Positions 1 through 13,900 of a DNA stretch of 64,000 bases are shown here, in pieces. Location of the stretch: contig NC_135263.1 in the NCBI RefSeq assembly GCF_964204865.1, positions 496,001-560,000 of the forward strand. The letters run 5' to 3'. A program made the translations under genes and the position numbers. Source of the DNA: Styela clava (lineage: Eukaryota). Within the stretch, counting starts at the first letter, position 1, and each line of letters opens with the position of its first letter. The notes beneath the pieces were generated by a model. The model saw nothing but the letters and a program-made list of their open reading frames with translations. It had not been told where the DNA came from and ran no database searches.

Positions 1-1531
1 TATGAGAGATTTTTCCATTCTGGACATTTGAGTGTATATGACGATATTTAAAATTTTAGGTTTAATAACCAAATCAAATGAGGTGATGCTCGCATCGGAG
101 ATTTCAAAACCAAAGCGTTGTATTGTTTTACATCGTTATGAGGGAAGGGCCATTTACTAAGATCTACCGCCATTGCGGGATTAAGACGATAAGAGGCCCT
201 AGGCTGTGCCATTTGGGAGATTTCTCCTGAACAATGACGTCATAAAGAATATATTATGACATCAAAAATAAATTGACTATTATCTACTTGCAAAATAAGA
301 CGCTAATCCCCCGAGTAGATTGAATAGTGGATTAAGAAACTCTGGCCGTGATAAAAGGTCATAGAATCAGAGTATAGTTTTACAAATTATACAATTTCAA
401 TATTTCAGTGTTTTTAATTTTTGAAACGGTAAATACTTGGGAGGAGAACTCATTTGATTATCAGCTTTATAAAATTTTAAACCGGTTTTATTCTAGAACA
501 ATCTTTTACGATTTAAAAACGGCTTAAAAATGACTGAAAACAGTTTAAAATTAAATGCCGGGGCCCCTAAGATTGAGGCACCTAGGCTTCAGCTTACTTT
601 GCCTGGTAAATCAAACCTTGTTTACGGTACAGAAACTCATCCAATACTTGGCAAAATAAATGAGGTATTCAGAGAATAAGATATCGGATAAAAAAAAAAA
701 TCATATTTAAATGTCGGTTCAACCTCTATCGAGAGACCGAGGTTTGCCATACTATTACACCGTCATACCGACATCCCCTACGCCGGAATAAATAAATATT
801 CCTTCTGATACAAATATACCGGGCGCAACCCGAGAAAACAGCTTCAAAATTCGCCAAAAGAATTGTTTCGATTCACAATTAAGTTGTGTTGCCTTTAGTA
901 GCTAAAACGTTTATTTACGAATATAATTATGAGATATATGGTAAAATTTGTTAACTTGGACAAATAATTTTTTTTCATCTTCTTTTGTACAATTTTTTTT
1001 TGATGTGGTTCAGAAAAAATATTGAAATTTATAAAATAACGTCATCAATACACTAAGGACGAAAATTATTAGATTTCTGAATTCTATACTTATAAAAGGT
1101 TCATGCTGTTTAAATATCGATGGCCTGATATTTTTAGGGGCTTTATATAATTTTTGAATAACCAATTTATTGCCACTAATTTTCATATATGAATATCGCT
1201 GGTGAGGTTTTAAAATATATATATATATTTTTTTTTGTAAAATAAGCCGATATTACTAGCCGATTGAAAAAACAGCGCTAACAGTATAGAATTTTGGCCC
1301 AAAAATTTATTCAATGTTCAGCTTCCATAAGAATAGCTCAAATATCCTGCCTGATTGACTGGGGAAAACTTCTACTTGATGTCAGAATTACCTCACCAAC
1401 TGGGATCAAATAATCAAAGAAATTTAATTATAGTATGCTCCATCCCTCCATCATACCCCCAGCCCTTCTTCAAAAAATAAAAATAACAGGCAAACAAGCA
1501 AACCGAACAAAACATGCACGATTATACTAAC

Positions 1532-1601
1532 CTTTAATCAATAAACAAGCTTCCATCAACAGTATTAGTCCGATGAAACTGTGTCGAATCGGAATCTTCA
1601 T
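1532..1601 (-). CDS. First coding (signal-peptide) exon of a further secreted lectin paralog; gene continues off the left edge
   Basis: MKIPIRHSFIGLILLMEACLLIK(G) ends at a phase-1 donor AAAG|gttagt. The exon, its upstream region (about 1600-1870) and intron pieces (about 60-130, 715-830) match exon 1 and flanks of lectin gene A (about 14100-14850). Confidence 0.75.
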
Positions 1602-2224
1602 TTCGAATCCAAGAATTTCGTCAATTTCGCTTCGATGAAAATAAATTTTCGAACAGCAAAGTTTAGAATGAAGCTTCAGTCTATTCACATCGAAATATAT
1701 CCTATGCAAGCTGACTCACTACTCTGACGCGGGAAGAGAAATTGTTCTCTCTGTTTCAAATTTTAGGATACGTGTTGCGTCACAAAAAAAAGTCTGGGCT
1801 GCTCTTTCTATCTTTATGAAACGACGTCGTCGATACCACACCCGTGAGTAATATTCGGTGAATTTCAGATACATTTTCTGATGGATTTTGCTCTCCCAGT
1901 TTCGGTAGATAAAGATATACTAAATGAAAATTAAGAATAAGGAATGATTTGAATTTCCAGCGCAATCTGCATTCCTAGCTCTCACTCTTACTGGATAATT
2001 ATTATTTGTTGGGCGGTGGCGGATGAGTTTTTTTCTGTCAAGGGCTTTGTACAAAATATCCCGATTCATTAGAAAGAGTCGAATTAACAAAACTAAAATA
2101 TCCTTTCCAAGATAGTGGCGTTTGCTAGCCTTGCTTAAGTAACTGTAGGTGTCAAAATTCTGATGCTACTGGTCTTGAAAGTTCCACCCATTGCAGCTGG
2201 GATAACAGTTTTTAGCGGCCCACC

Positions 2225-2320
2225 AGTCGAATATAGTATTTTGGACGTCGAATATAAGTTTTCGGATGTAGAAGATAGGTGTTGTACGTCGAATATAGAT
2301 TTTTGGACGTCGAATACAAT
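2225..2320. repeat. 21-bp minisatellite (TTTTGGACGTCGAATATAGTA-like), short array, copy 1
   Basis: About 4-5 units; the preceding flank (gtggcgtttgctagc...tagcggcc) is shared with the arrays at 4262 and 5704. Confidence 0.8.
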
Positions 2321-2324
2321 AGTA

Positions 2325-2440
2325 CCTGAAGTAGTGCACCTGATGTGCACCAAGATAGCGCACAACCTTAACATAGTGTGTGTACCAAGTAAGGGTTATC
2401 AGGTTGTGCGCCATCTTGGTGCAGATACTACAGGAACGCC
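2325..2440. mobile_element. Short fold-back MITE (CACCAAGATGGCGCACAACC...GGTTGTGCGCCATCTTGGTG family)
   Basis: Long inverted arms; related copies at 26557-26665, about 27852-27960 and about 30038-30148. Confidence 0.7.
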
Positions 2441-2777
2441 CACAAATGTATGGATTAGTTAACGCTACTCTCAAAATCAGTATCAGTACGGCTAAGTCTT
2501 CTAACCCAGTGCGCCTTATGTATAGAAAAAGCCCTAGTCTCGCCTTGTCCTTATTCGGCGTTGCGTTGAATACATAGATGGGTGAGCGATACGAGTCGCT
2601 GTTCAGTTGATCACAACATTCCATGGCCGTGTGTTAGTGAGCTGAATTTATATTTGTGCCACAGTTAAACTTAGATAAATCAATTAGATTCGCTTCAAAA
2701 TGAATGTATAGAGCTTTGGTCCAGGCCTAGCACTAGATAACATTTATCAGATATGTCGATGTAAGTATAGTATAGCA

Positions 2778-3013
2778 CAGGGTGGTCCAAGATTGGCAGC
2801 TCCGCGGGCCACAAAATCACTTTTGCATTGTTCGCGGGCCACAATAGTGCCAAGAACTTCGCTCGTTTAACTTCGCTAGTTGCCTCAGCAAGCCACAACA
2901 CTAGTCAAATCAGTGACATTAGTGATGCAACAATATGTCGATATGTCAATATGCCACAGATAATGAAGCGGTGGGCCACATGTGGCCCGCGGCCCTGGGT
3001 TTGGACCACCCTG
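2778..3013. mobile_element. hAT-type (Charlie/Buster-like) MITE
   Basis: 13-bp TIR CAGGGTGGTCCAA/TTGGACCACCCTG; 8-bp TSD GTATAGCA (2770-2777)/GTATAGTA (3014-3021); the paralogous empty site is at 7074-7081. Confidence 0.9.
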
Positions 3014-4261
3014 GTATAGTATATAGCGCTGAGAACCACTCAATATTATCAAAAATTTCTGTGCAATACCCGCTATCGTTCGTCTAAATGCCCGCTGTAT
3101 CGTTCATGAGTAACACCATGATTTAAAAGTAACGCATTACCAAAACACTTTCGTGATTATACGAGATGGTTATCGTTTAAAAAATCGCGGAAGCTCACGT
3201 CAATCATTTTCTTTGTGTTCAAACAGCCCAACGCAAATTTAACGCTATCTGTATTCAAATATATCTGTAAGACATTCTGATTATAATTTTACTCGAATCC
3301 CTTACTATATTTTCCAAACACTGACCATACGTATAAATGCATTTAAATGCCGCGATTTATAAACATAAAAAAGTGGAGTTTTGCCATGGGGGTTGAATTT
3401 TATTTCAAATTCGCAAAGAGGTAAATTAGGGAATAGAGGTTGAAAACTTTTTCTCTATAAATTCCGATAACAGCAAACAAAGGCGAGATAGATGGCGGCT
3501 TTATTTGCATTGCATTTTCGTTGGCAATAAAAATCGGATGCAAGGGTTATGCTAGTTGAAAACGGCAAAAAATTTCAAACTTAGATTCCTCGAAACCAAT
3601 GGTGTATTGACGTAAATCGTGCAGTGATCGTTTGAATTTTTTGAATGAAATTAATTTGAAATGTTTTTATATCGGATACTCACTGTTGAATCGGGAATGA
3701 TCACACACTCGGGGGTTAGAAATGTCAGCGATTATGAGTTATGTCGAGTTTTGATGAAACGTGGTCTCCCCTGACCCTGTCCTCCAACCCCCCCCCCCCC
3801 CCCCCCCATAAATCCAACGTTTTCATTCCTCTTTAAATATTTTCCATGGGCCGGATATTTTTGGTACTATGATTTTAAATTTAATTAGCTTTGTGACGAA
3901 TCAAGCAGGAATGTCATATTGTTTCAGACAACATTTTTATAAAAAATCTACCTCGTGTAGGAAATGTCGCGCCACAATTCCCACTTTGACTGCAAATGGT
4001 TACATGCGACCTTTTCTTATAGCAGAGGTAAATTAAAGGGAGAATTGAAAGTCAAAATAATATAAAAACCCAACATAATTCGAATTAAATATATTTTGTT
4101 TTATGAATATCTTGCAAACCAAACATTGGGAAAATCTTTTCTCCTTTTAGTCAAAATCGTGGCGTTTGCTTGCTTTGCTTAAACAACTGACGGTGTCGAA
4201 AGTCTGAATCTTCTGGTCTTGGAATTCTATTCCTAAAAACTCGAACAGTTTAGCGGCCCTA

Positions 4262-4600
4262 GAGTCGATATACAAGATTTTGGACGTCGAATATAGTATT
4301 TTGGACGTCGAACACAGGATTTTAGACGTCCAATATAGGATTTCGGTTATTAGAACGTCGAATTTATGATTACAAACGTCGAATATAGGATTTCGGATTT
4401 CGAACTTCGAATTTTTAATTTCAAACGTCGAATATAGGATTTCGGTGTTTAGAATGTCGAATTTTTGAATTTCAAACGTCGAATATAGGATTTCGGTGTT
4501 TGGAACGTCGAATTTTTGATTTCAAGCGTCGAATATAGGATTTCGAACGTCAAATTTTTTGTTTCAAACGTCGAATATAAAATTTTGGACGTTGAATACT
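4262..4600. repeat. ACGTCGAA minisatellite, copy 2 (21-mers then 50-bp higher-order units)
   Basis: Alternating 29-bp (acgtcgaatataggatttcggtgtttaga) and 21-bp (acgtcgaatttttaatttcaa) subunits. Confidence 0.85.
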
Positions 4601-5703
4601 CGGTTTACTTGCTTCAGAAGCGCAGAACAAGAAATCGTCCTATATGAGCGCCACATAATGCATGACTGCCACAAGGTAAACTCATGCAGGTTGGGCAGCC
4701 TTGCTGTAAGACATTCTGATTATAATTTTACTCGAATACCTTACTATATTTTCCAAACACTGACATATCATACGTATAAATGTATTTAAATACCGCGATT
4801 TATGGACATAAACAAGTTGGGTTTTGCCATGGGGGGTTGAATTTTATTTTGAATTCGCATAGAGGTAAATTAAGGAATAAAGGCTGGGAACTTTTTTTTA
4901 TAAATTCCGATAACAGCAAACAAAGGCGAGATAGATGGCTGTTTTATTTGCATTGCTATTCCGTTGACAATGGGCAAAATGTGAAAAATCGGATACAAGG
5001 GTTATGCTAGTTCACAACCTCAAAATTTTTTAACTTTTGATTCCTCGAAACCAATGGTGTATTGACGTAAATCCTGCAGTGATCATTTGAATTTTTTGAT
5101 TGAAATTAATTTGAAATTTTTTTATGTGGGTTACTCAATGTTGAATCAGGCAATGATCACACACTCGGGAGTTAGAAATTTCAGCGATTTTGAGTTATGT
5201 CGAGTTATGATGAAACGGGGTCTTTCCTTGACCCTGTCCGCCCGCCAACGTTTCCATTCTTCTTTAAATATTTACCATAAGCCGAAAAGTTGTCGTACAT
5301 TTTTGTTACTATAATTTTAAGTTTAATTAGCTTTGTGACGAATCAAGCAGGAATGTCATATTGTTTCAGACAACATTTTTATAAAAAATCTACCTCGTGT
5401 AGGAATTGTCGCGTCACAATTCCCACTTTGACTGGAAATGGTTATATGCGACCTTTTCTTATAGCAGAGGTGAATTAAAGGGAGAATTGAAAGTCAAAAT
5501 ACTATAAAAACCCAACATAATTCGGATAGAATTATATTTTGTTTTATGAATATCTCGCAAACCAAACATTGGGAAAATCTTTTCTCGTTTTAGCCATGAT
5601 CGTGGCGTTTGCTAGCTTTGCTTAAATAACTGTCGGTGTCGAAAGTCTGATGCTTCTGGACTTGGAATTAAATTCCTAGAAACTCGAACAGTTTAGCGGC
5701 CCT

Positions 5704-6152
5704 ACAGTCGATATACAAGATTTCGGACGTCGAATATAGTATTTTGGACGTCGAACACAGCATTTTAGACGTCCAATATAGTATTTCAGTGTTTAGAACG
5801 TCGAATTTTTTATTTCAAACGTCGAATATAGGATTTCGGTATTTCGAACTTCGAATTTTTAATTTCATACGTCGAATATAGGATTTCGGTGTTTCGAACT
5901 TCGAATTTTTAATTTCATACGTCGAATATAGGATTTCGGTGTTTAGAACGTCGAATTTTTAATTTCAAACGTCGAATATAAGATTTCGGTATTTCGAACT
6001 TCGAATTTTTGATTTCATACGTCGAATATAGGATTTCGGTGTTTAGAACGTCGAATTTTTTATTTCAAACGTCGAATACAGGATTTCGGTATTTCGAACG
6101 TCGAATTTTTTGTTTCAAACGTCGAATATAAGATTTCGGACGTTGAATACTC
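5704..6152. repeat. ACGTCGAA minisatellite, copy 3 (longest)
   Basis: Same 29+21 bp structure, about 7 higher-order units. Confidence 0.85.
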
Positions 6153-7130
6153 GGTTTTCCTTGCTTCAGAAGCGCAGAACAAGAAATCGTCCTATTTGAG
6201 CGCCACATAATGCATGAATGCCACAAGGTAAACTCATGTTGTTAATAAATGAAGCACAACCGGTGTTGGCAAAAAGATGTATAGAAACTCGAAACGTCGG
6301 CAAATTAGATTCGTTATAGACAAGACACATGAAGTAACTTTTATCGTGATTTTGTACCAAGTCAAAAGCTTGTAAAAGGAGAAAACGACTCTCTTTTGTA
6401 CATAGTTATTATTATATTTTATTTATCCATCCGCGCAATTTTTGAGCCAACTTCTGGCTGATTCGAGCAAGTCAGTATGCCGTATTTTATGTACCACAAG
6501 GCGCACTCTGAATCCTTTATATGTTATAAAATGGATTGTGCGCCTTATAGGCCAATTACACAAATGCATGGATAACGTAACGCTACACTCAACACCAGTA
6601 CGGGCTACGCCTTCTAGTCCGGTGCGTCCTATGTAAGCATAAAGCCCCAGCCACCGCATTTAATGACAGTGAGACATATGCGTGTGCTAGATAGTGCTTT
6701 ATGTTCGCCCTGTTCACCTTATGCATTTACAAACCCCCTAGGTCTAAGCAATTCATTGACGCTGCACCCTATGGTCCGTAAAATACGGTAATTTTGGGAT
6801 TCCATATGCGTATATCAATGTAGAGTAGCAGATGTCCCGTGGCCTTATTTGGCGATACGTGCGTTGATTTCATTTATGGGCGAGCGATATTAGTCGCATA
6901 TGTCTGTTCTGTTTAACATAACATTCCACGGTCGTGTGTTGCTGCGCTGAATTTATGTTTGTGTCACAGTCAAACTAGGATTAATAAATAAGGTTGGCTC
7001 CGTAAAGAATGTATAGAGCTTTGGTTCAGACTGGCACTAGATCAAAGTTATCGAATATGCCAATATAGGCATAGTATAGCATATGGCGCTGAGAACCACT
7101 CAATATTATCAAAAAATTCTATAAGTATAC

Positions 7131-7660
7131 GTCAATCATTTACTTTCTGTTCAAACCAGACATTATTATCCAAACTTCCTATGCAATTCCCGCTGTATCG
7201 TTCATGAGTAACTCCATGATTTCAAAGTAACGCATTTCCAACATACGTTCGTGATTTTACGAGATCACTATCGTTTAAAAAAATCGCGAGAGCTCACGTC
7301 AATCATTTTCTTTCTGTTCAAACCAGACAATATTATCCAAACTTCCTGTGCAATTCCCGCTGTATCATTCATGAGTAACTCCATGTTTTCAAAGTAACGC
7401 ATTTCCAGCATACATTCGTGATTATACGTGATCATTATCGTTTAAAAAAATCGCGAGAGCTCACGTCAATCATTTACTTTCTGTTCAAACCAGACAATAT
7501 TATCCAAACTTCCTGTGCCATTCCCGCTGTATCGTTCATGAGTAACTCCATGATTTCAAAGCAACGCATTTCCAATACACATTCGTGATTATACAAGATC
7601 ATTATTGTTTGAAAAAATCGCGGAAGTATACGTCAATCATTTACTTTCTGTTCAAACAGC
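7131..7660. repeat. 167-bp tandem repeat, about 3.2 units
   Basis: gtcaatcatt unit starts at 7131, 7298, 7465 and 7632; single-copy counterpart at about 3060-3225. Confidence 0.9.
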
Positions 7661-10600
7661 GCAACGTAAATTTAAAACTAAATATATCTGTAAGTTAATC
7701 AAAGTCCTCACTATATTCCTAAAAACTGACCTATCACACGTAGAAATGCATAAAATACCGCGATGCATGGACATAAATCACGTTGGATTTTGCTCCTTCG
7801 AATATTTGCGCTGAAGGTTTATCATGTGATTTGTAGCTCAAAGAGCCGGAATCTCAGACTTTAAAAAGCGATAAAATATCTCAAAACTTCTTACTAAATC
7901 TCAAAAATTTTAATTTTACCGTCTGTTTACTAGTTTTATATATAGGACACTTATGCACGCCGTTCGCTCTGGTATTTGTCTGGCGCTTTCCTAGACCGCC
8001 CAAAAATTTTTCATGGTCAGTAGAAGAATTAGGACGAGTTTGAATTTTTCTTATCAGAATATACATTGCAGATAATACTTTAAATAACAAATGCACAAAT
8101 TAATTTTGTATAAAATATGGTGCGAAAATGAATTAAATTCACAAAGCGTACTTGACAGTCTAAAGAAGGATTGCTAGGCCAAATTTTCGTAAGCAAACCT
8201 TAATTTTGATTTTCATAGCGGAGACCAAATAATTTTAAATTTGGAGTCGAATTATATTTTAATCGAGTTCCCTATCTCTGAGTTGATTAAGTCGCAGTTT
8301 TGTAATACTAACTTCGAATCCGCAGTGTTTCAAAATATGACTCTCCAGCTCTGGAAAAACATGTTAAACTCGGACTCCTGGCACCAAAGTCTTGAATCTA
8401 CTATATGTAGTGTTTGATAATTTAAAGAGAGAACTCTTATAGCATTGGTTTTCATTCTGGGTTCAATCGAACCCTGGGGTTCGGTGTAGCTGTTTCTGGG
8501 ATTCGACGAAGGTCTTCTGAAACAGCTGTAAACATGAAGTTTTTTTATTACCCAGGCTTTAAATCTTGTAATAAGTACTGTAGTTCACCACAGATATCTT
8601 GACTTATTCAAATAAACATTTTATAAAATAAGAAATCTGTGGTTAGTTCCGTTCAGAGACAACTTTAATGGACCATTAATATTGGTCGCACTGTATATCC
8701 CAGCACACTTCACCGAAAAATCGATGTATCGTCGCAATGATTGCATTTTTAGATGCTTTCTGTCTACGGCTTCGAAATATTTTGGATTGTTTTGAGGGGT
8801 GAAAATTGGAAGTGAAATCGCATGAATGAAAAAGAAATCAGTGCACTGAATGGTGAAATTTTCATCAAAGAATCTTATGTTTGCTCAAAAATAGTATCAC
8901 CCGCCCTGTGATCAACTTCATTATGGCGCTGAGTAATATTGTATCGTATCTTTATTTCTTCTATAAAACAATGTTATTTTCGATTGATTTTTTTGTGAGT
9001 TCGAGTAATAATCCGATTCTCCGATTAGGCTAATTTCTCTGTTTTGCTGGTAAATAAATTTAGTCTCTATTATGTTCAAAACACATCGATAACGTTTTGC
9101 AAGACAAATTTATTACCACAAAGTAAAATTACTATTTTTGCACTGACAGTTCAAATTATGTTTCATAAATTTCATTTGTTAAGATTAGTTAGTGAAATAA
9201 TAATTTGTTCTGACAAAATATTTGCCGAAAATGATAAGATTCAAAAACACATCTAAAAAATTTGCATATCACACTAGTTTACAAACATAAAAAATGGAAA
9301 GCAATCTCTTTTTTTCACTTCATAACGAAACTTTAATTTAATAAAAATCAAAAAAAAAATTCGAATCTACATATACATAAAAGTCAATTGAAAACTCGGA
9401 CCCAAAAGTTGGGAAAATCAACATTATATTTGTAAAAAGATTTTTCAGCAAAAAATCTGTAGGTATTTTATCTGGGAGAAATATATGGACCTAGTAATTG
9501 GTATAAAAAGCTAAAAGGGCTTAACAGCATCGACAATATGAGCTCTTGGATCTATCGGAAATTAGTGTTAAAACTATGTGCGAAATATTTTAGAAAAATT
9601 AACAACACTTACATGGCTTTTGCTTGAAAAGGTATTCGTCGGGAAAAAAATTTAAAAAACAAAAACAAAAGAAATTCTGAAAAATGATAAGGAAAAGTAA
9701 TGAATAATCCATTCCGATCAATTATGTTTATATCAAAACTATTCTGTATTCTTGTTGGACACGTAGTGGACATAACGATCGTTTCAATATTATGTTGTTG
9801 TTGTTGTTTTCCGTCAACATCATAATTAACAAATCGCTTTTCTCTTCGAATACTGGACCAATTGCTTTGAAATTTTCAGTGGTTAAAGATAGAATTTTTC
9901 TTCAGAAGGCTATCATTTTTTTCGCTATGGTGCCATCAAAATTATGTGACTCTACGTGTCCATATATTTGAGCATAGCTCTATTGTTTTATGGTAATCTG
10001 GATTTCGAGTTTTCTAAATGAATCGAATTTGCATAAAACGATTCATCGCAAAATGACAAACTTTACGAAATACAGAGTCTGGGGAGTGGTTTAGCAAGTT
10101 AGAGCAGAATCTGAATTTGTCGGAACTGTAGATTTTCAATGTTTTCAAAAAAATCAAAACTTCACCATAAATTTAAAAGGGATTATTTTACTGAGCGTTC
10201 GAAATGTCTTAAAAAAAAGTTTGCATTTTCCAAAAAATTTGTTATCAAAGATATGTGTTTTCAGCATTGATTGTTAATATTCTACAATTTCACAACCTTA
10301 TCGAAATAAGGTCCAGTGACAAATATTTGAAGACGATCTTTTAAAAAATTTTGAAACCTGTAGTTTTTTTTAGATATTTAGAGAGTACAGATATGATGTC
10401 GTTATCTAGAAAGTATTAAACAGTTTTGTAATTCACAGAACTTTTCTGAACATGAAATATATATTTGAATAACAAATAGCATGAGAACAAATAACCTTCC
10501 AACATATCTATGTATCACAGTTTGAATGGATCCAAATCAAACAATTCTTAGTTTTCCAAATATAATTGACTTCCTGTGCAGTGCCTTGTTTAGAGTGAGG

Positions 10601-10977
10601 ATTTGAAACACCTCAGCCTTTTACGAAAACTCTATCATCGTGACATTTTAAAAATAGAAATTCAACAAATAAAAGTATCGGTGAATTATACAGGTGATAA
10701 GTAGTTACCATACATCCCTACTGTATCCCATAGGAGGGTTATATAATGCATGTAGGATCTATGGACTTGTTCAACTGTGGGCCGTGGAAATAGTAAGCTG
10801 GGGTGTAGATTAGGCCGCATTTGTAGCTAACGAATTTTCGGAAATTCAATAGTATATGCCTGTTTCACTGTGGAAATAGTAATTTAAAGTTGTAATTAAG
10901 CTACGAAAGAGAATAACAATTACTTAAACTCAAGTAATTCAACAGTTATTTGTTTTTCGATCATTCAATAGACAAAG

Positions 10978-13900
10978 TTATAATTCATTTTCACAGATGG
11001 CTCCGTAATATACATTGGTGGGGGAAACATTAGAAATTCCTTGATTGCTGTCTTCCGGGTATCGATCGACACGAACAACAACAGTTGTGCGCGGTACATC
11101 GGAACGCGGAAAATTTGGAAGCCAAACCTCAGTTGGCAGAGACACAGCTTGGCCCGTCGATGAATGCAGCTGAACGTTATGCTGAAATAAAAAATATATG
11201 TTTTAGGAAATATAAAAAAAATGGCAGTTTGAGAATATAGTTGAGTATGGTTGAACCAGTAATCCCTGTCATATTATGTGACAGAAAAGAAGAATCTTAT
11301 TTAATTTATGTATGTATGTATGTGAGTGTGTGTGTGTGTGTGTATGTGTGTGTGTGTGTGTGTGTGCGTGCGTGCCGTGCCGTGCGTGCTTGCGTGCACG
11401 CGTGCGTGCGTGATAAGTAAGTAAGTGTATGTATGTGTGTGCTNNNNNNNNNNNNNNNNNNNNNNNNNNNNNNNNNNNNNNNNNNNNNNNNNNNNNNNNN
11501 NNNNNNNNNNNNNNNNNNNNNNNNNNNNNNNNNNNNNNNNNNNNNNNNNNNNNNNNNNNNNNNNNNNNNNNNNNNCGTAAAGGCAAAAATACAGGAATTA
11601 ATAAATATCAACATTAAAGACGGGATGTATACACAAGATCATACTGGCCTAAAACACATGAAAGTGCGGCATACACGCCTCCAGTTAATCTCCAGTAAGA
11701 AACTGACTGAAGCGTGACAATACAACGTGATTATTCTGCTCAGTCACCTTACAGTGATTACCGTTGGTGGATAAGAATTGTATGTTGTATGGAATAGACA
11801 CATAAATCATATTAGTTTGGATTAGTACCAGAGCTGTGTAGTTGAAGTTTTCCATTGGTGTTGGAGTCAATTTTTGAATTACCTGGAAACATCACATGGA
11901 GACGAAAGTTTTTGGTTGAACTTTTTGATAGAAACTGGAAAACGCTGACAAAATTTTTTTAAATCCGGTAGGAATATCTAATTTGATGCCAGCCTAGAGT
12001 AGTTAGTGGTATAAATGGCTCGATTTGAACTACTGTCTTACGCTGAAGATATGTGGGTTTAACCTCAAGATAATTTAAAATTTGTTACAACATGGTAATG
12101 CGGTAACAACATCGGCCATATTTCATAATGATTTCATGTATGGCCGAATAAGAAACATGATTCAGACTCGATCTATCTACCTTGTAAGTCATTCCGGTAC
12201 GAACGTCCATGTATGACTTTTCATCACGAATTATTGGTCGTAAATATTCTCGAAGCAGATTGTAGTGTGTGATGTCATATATGTTAGCAAGTTTGTTCTC
12301 GCAAAGAGTTTCAGCGAAGCTGAATGTGACGTTCTTCACGTCATAAACGATCGCTCGAAAACATTTCGAATTATAGATAACGCCGCATTCTAAAAGAAAA
12401 ATATCAGTCAAAATAAATAGATAGTCAGATATTTATGGAACAATTATTAAGGAGAATACTTATTAGTTTTGTAGGTAGTTTCTTGAGGTAATTTTGCTCT
12501 GCCCTATATTAAGGCGTCTTGCGGGGATGAAGAAGTTAGTTTTTCAAAAATAATCTTAGGCGAACACGTTGATGTCTTATAACCAAGCAAACAATTTAGT
12601 GATTTCTTGATTCGTTTTCACATCTCAGTTCAAACAAGGCGCAAGACAAAACAATTGCTTCTACATAAGTATCTAGCATTCTCGAGAGCATTGCAATTTT
12701 TCTATTTTGGGCCTTAGTGCTGGGGAATTCCTTTAACAAAAAAATGTCGCGTGGTAAAATGCATTTAAGAGGGAAATATTTTCCGCGTAAACGACGAGGA
12801 AAGAGAAGGCCAAACAAACCTGCACTCTGTTCGGCTTTTGTAGTTTGTGGGTGCACAGTAGAGAGAAAGGATTCCTTAGTTGACCACGGGAATATAGCAG
12901 GGTCGGTTGAAGTACGGGCCGACGAAGTTTTATTGTTTCTGAATTCTGTGTGAAAGAGTGAACTTATATTACAAGTTTATAGCAAGATTTATAGTTTCAC
13001 GTACTTACGGTAAGAATGATATACTAAACGACAATGTGGATACATTACAGATTACTGTGACTGACAGGCCCATTTTCTAATATTTATTCTACTGGATGCG
13101 ATACCGAAAGACATAGATTTTCATACCCTGGGGAGTGGTCGTTTCTCTGACACCTACAACAAAGGGCGTGGTCGTCTCTGTTACACCTGCAACAGATGGC
13201 GGCACTGAGTTCGTCTCTGATTCTTCAATCGACTTTTTTAATTGATAAAGCATACTTTCCACTCCGTCAAATCGTTCCGTTAAAGCTGCAAAACACAAAT
13301 GTAAACAGAATTCGAATTAAGTCAGTTTCACAACCCGTATTCATTGAATTTTTTATCAGACGATTTGAACCTCTCTTTTTCAGGTTAAAAAGGGGATTTG
13401 AGATAGGTATTGTTAAACTACACGTCTTGCTATGATAGTTAAGAATTATGTTAAAAAAATGAAATTTTACTAATAAAACGATTGTTTGGGGGCATGTTTG
13501 CTATCATACCGTTTGACAAATTAAAAAAAATAACAAACGTATTTCGGAGGAAATTATATTGTGGACACGAACCTTCCAAAGCCTTCTGTTCGTCTTTTGT
13601 GCACTGTCCATTCTGAAATAGAACAAGAGAGAAATGTTTAAATATATGGACATTAAGGCTGCAAATACATGCAGAAAGGCCTCAGCTTAGCAAGTGTTCC
13701 CATACGCTGTAAAAAAGTGTTTCTATGGATTGAAGTAAAAACGTAAAATCTGAAATGAGGTCACGAAAAAAGTAAGTTTCAAACCTTCAGTACTCGTAGA
13801 TAGAGGAAATTTCAAGAAAAGCTAAAAAAAATTTGTTTTTAGATTGTAAACAAAACAGTTTTATTTCTGCAAATAATACCAACAATATGAAACTATTGCT

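Larger units (their letters stand above)
3266..6240. repeat. Direct tandem duplication, unit about 1.44-1.5 kb (about 3266-4705 and 4706-6240)
   Basis: Near-identical blocks, e.g. ctgtaagacattctgattataattttactcgaat at about 3265 and 4704, and gacgaatcaagcaggaatgtc at about 3895 and 5337. Confidence 0.85.

Noticed and set aside
2135-2624. Overlapping ORFs with 7-aa periodicity
   Set aside because: They arise from the 21-bp minisatellite plus a palindromic MITE and are not preserved in the paralogous copies.
4262-6152. Repeat arrays as a CRISPR array
   Set aside because: The units are contiguous with no unique spacers, there are no cas genes, and the context is eukaryotic.
11269-11717. ORFs spanning the N run (THTHTH)
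   Set aside because: Artefacts of the gap and the TG microsatellite.
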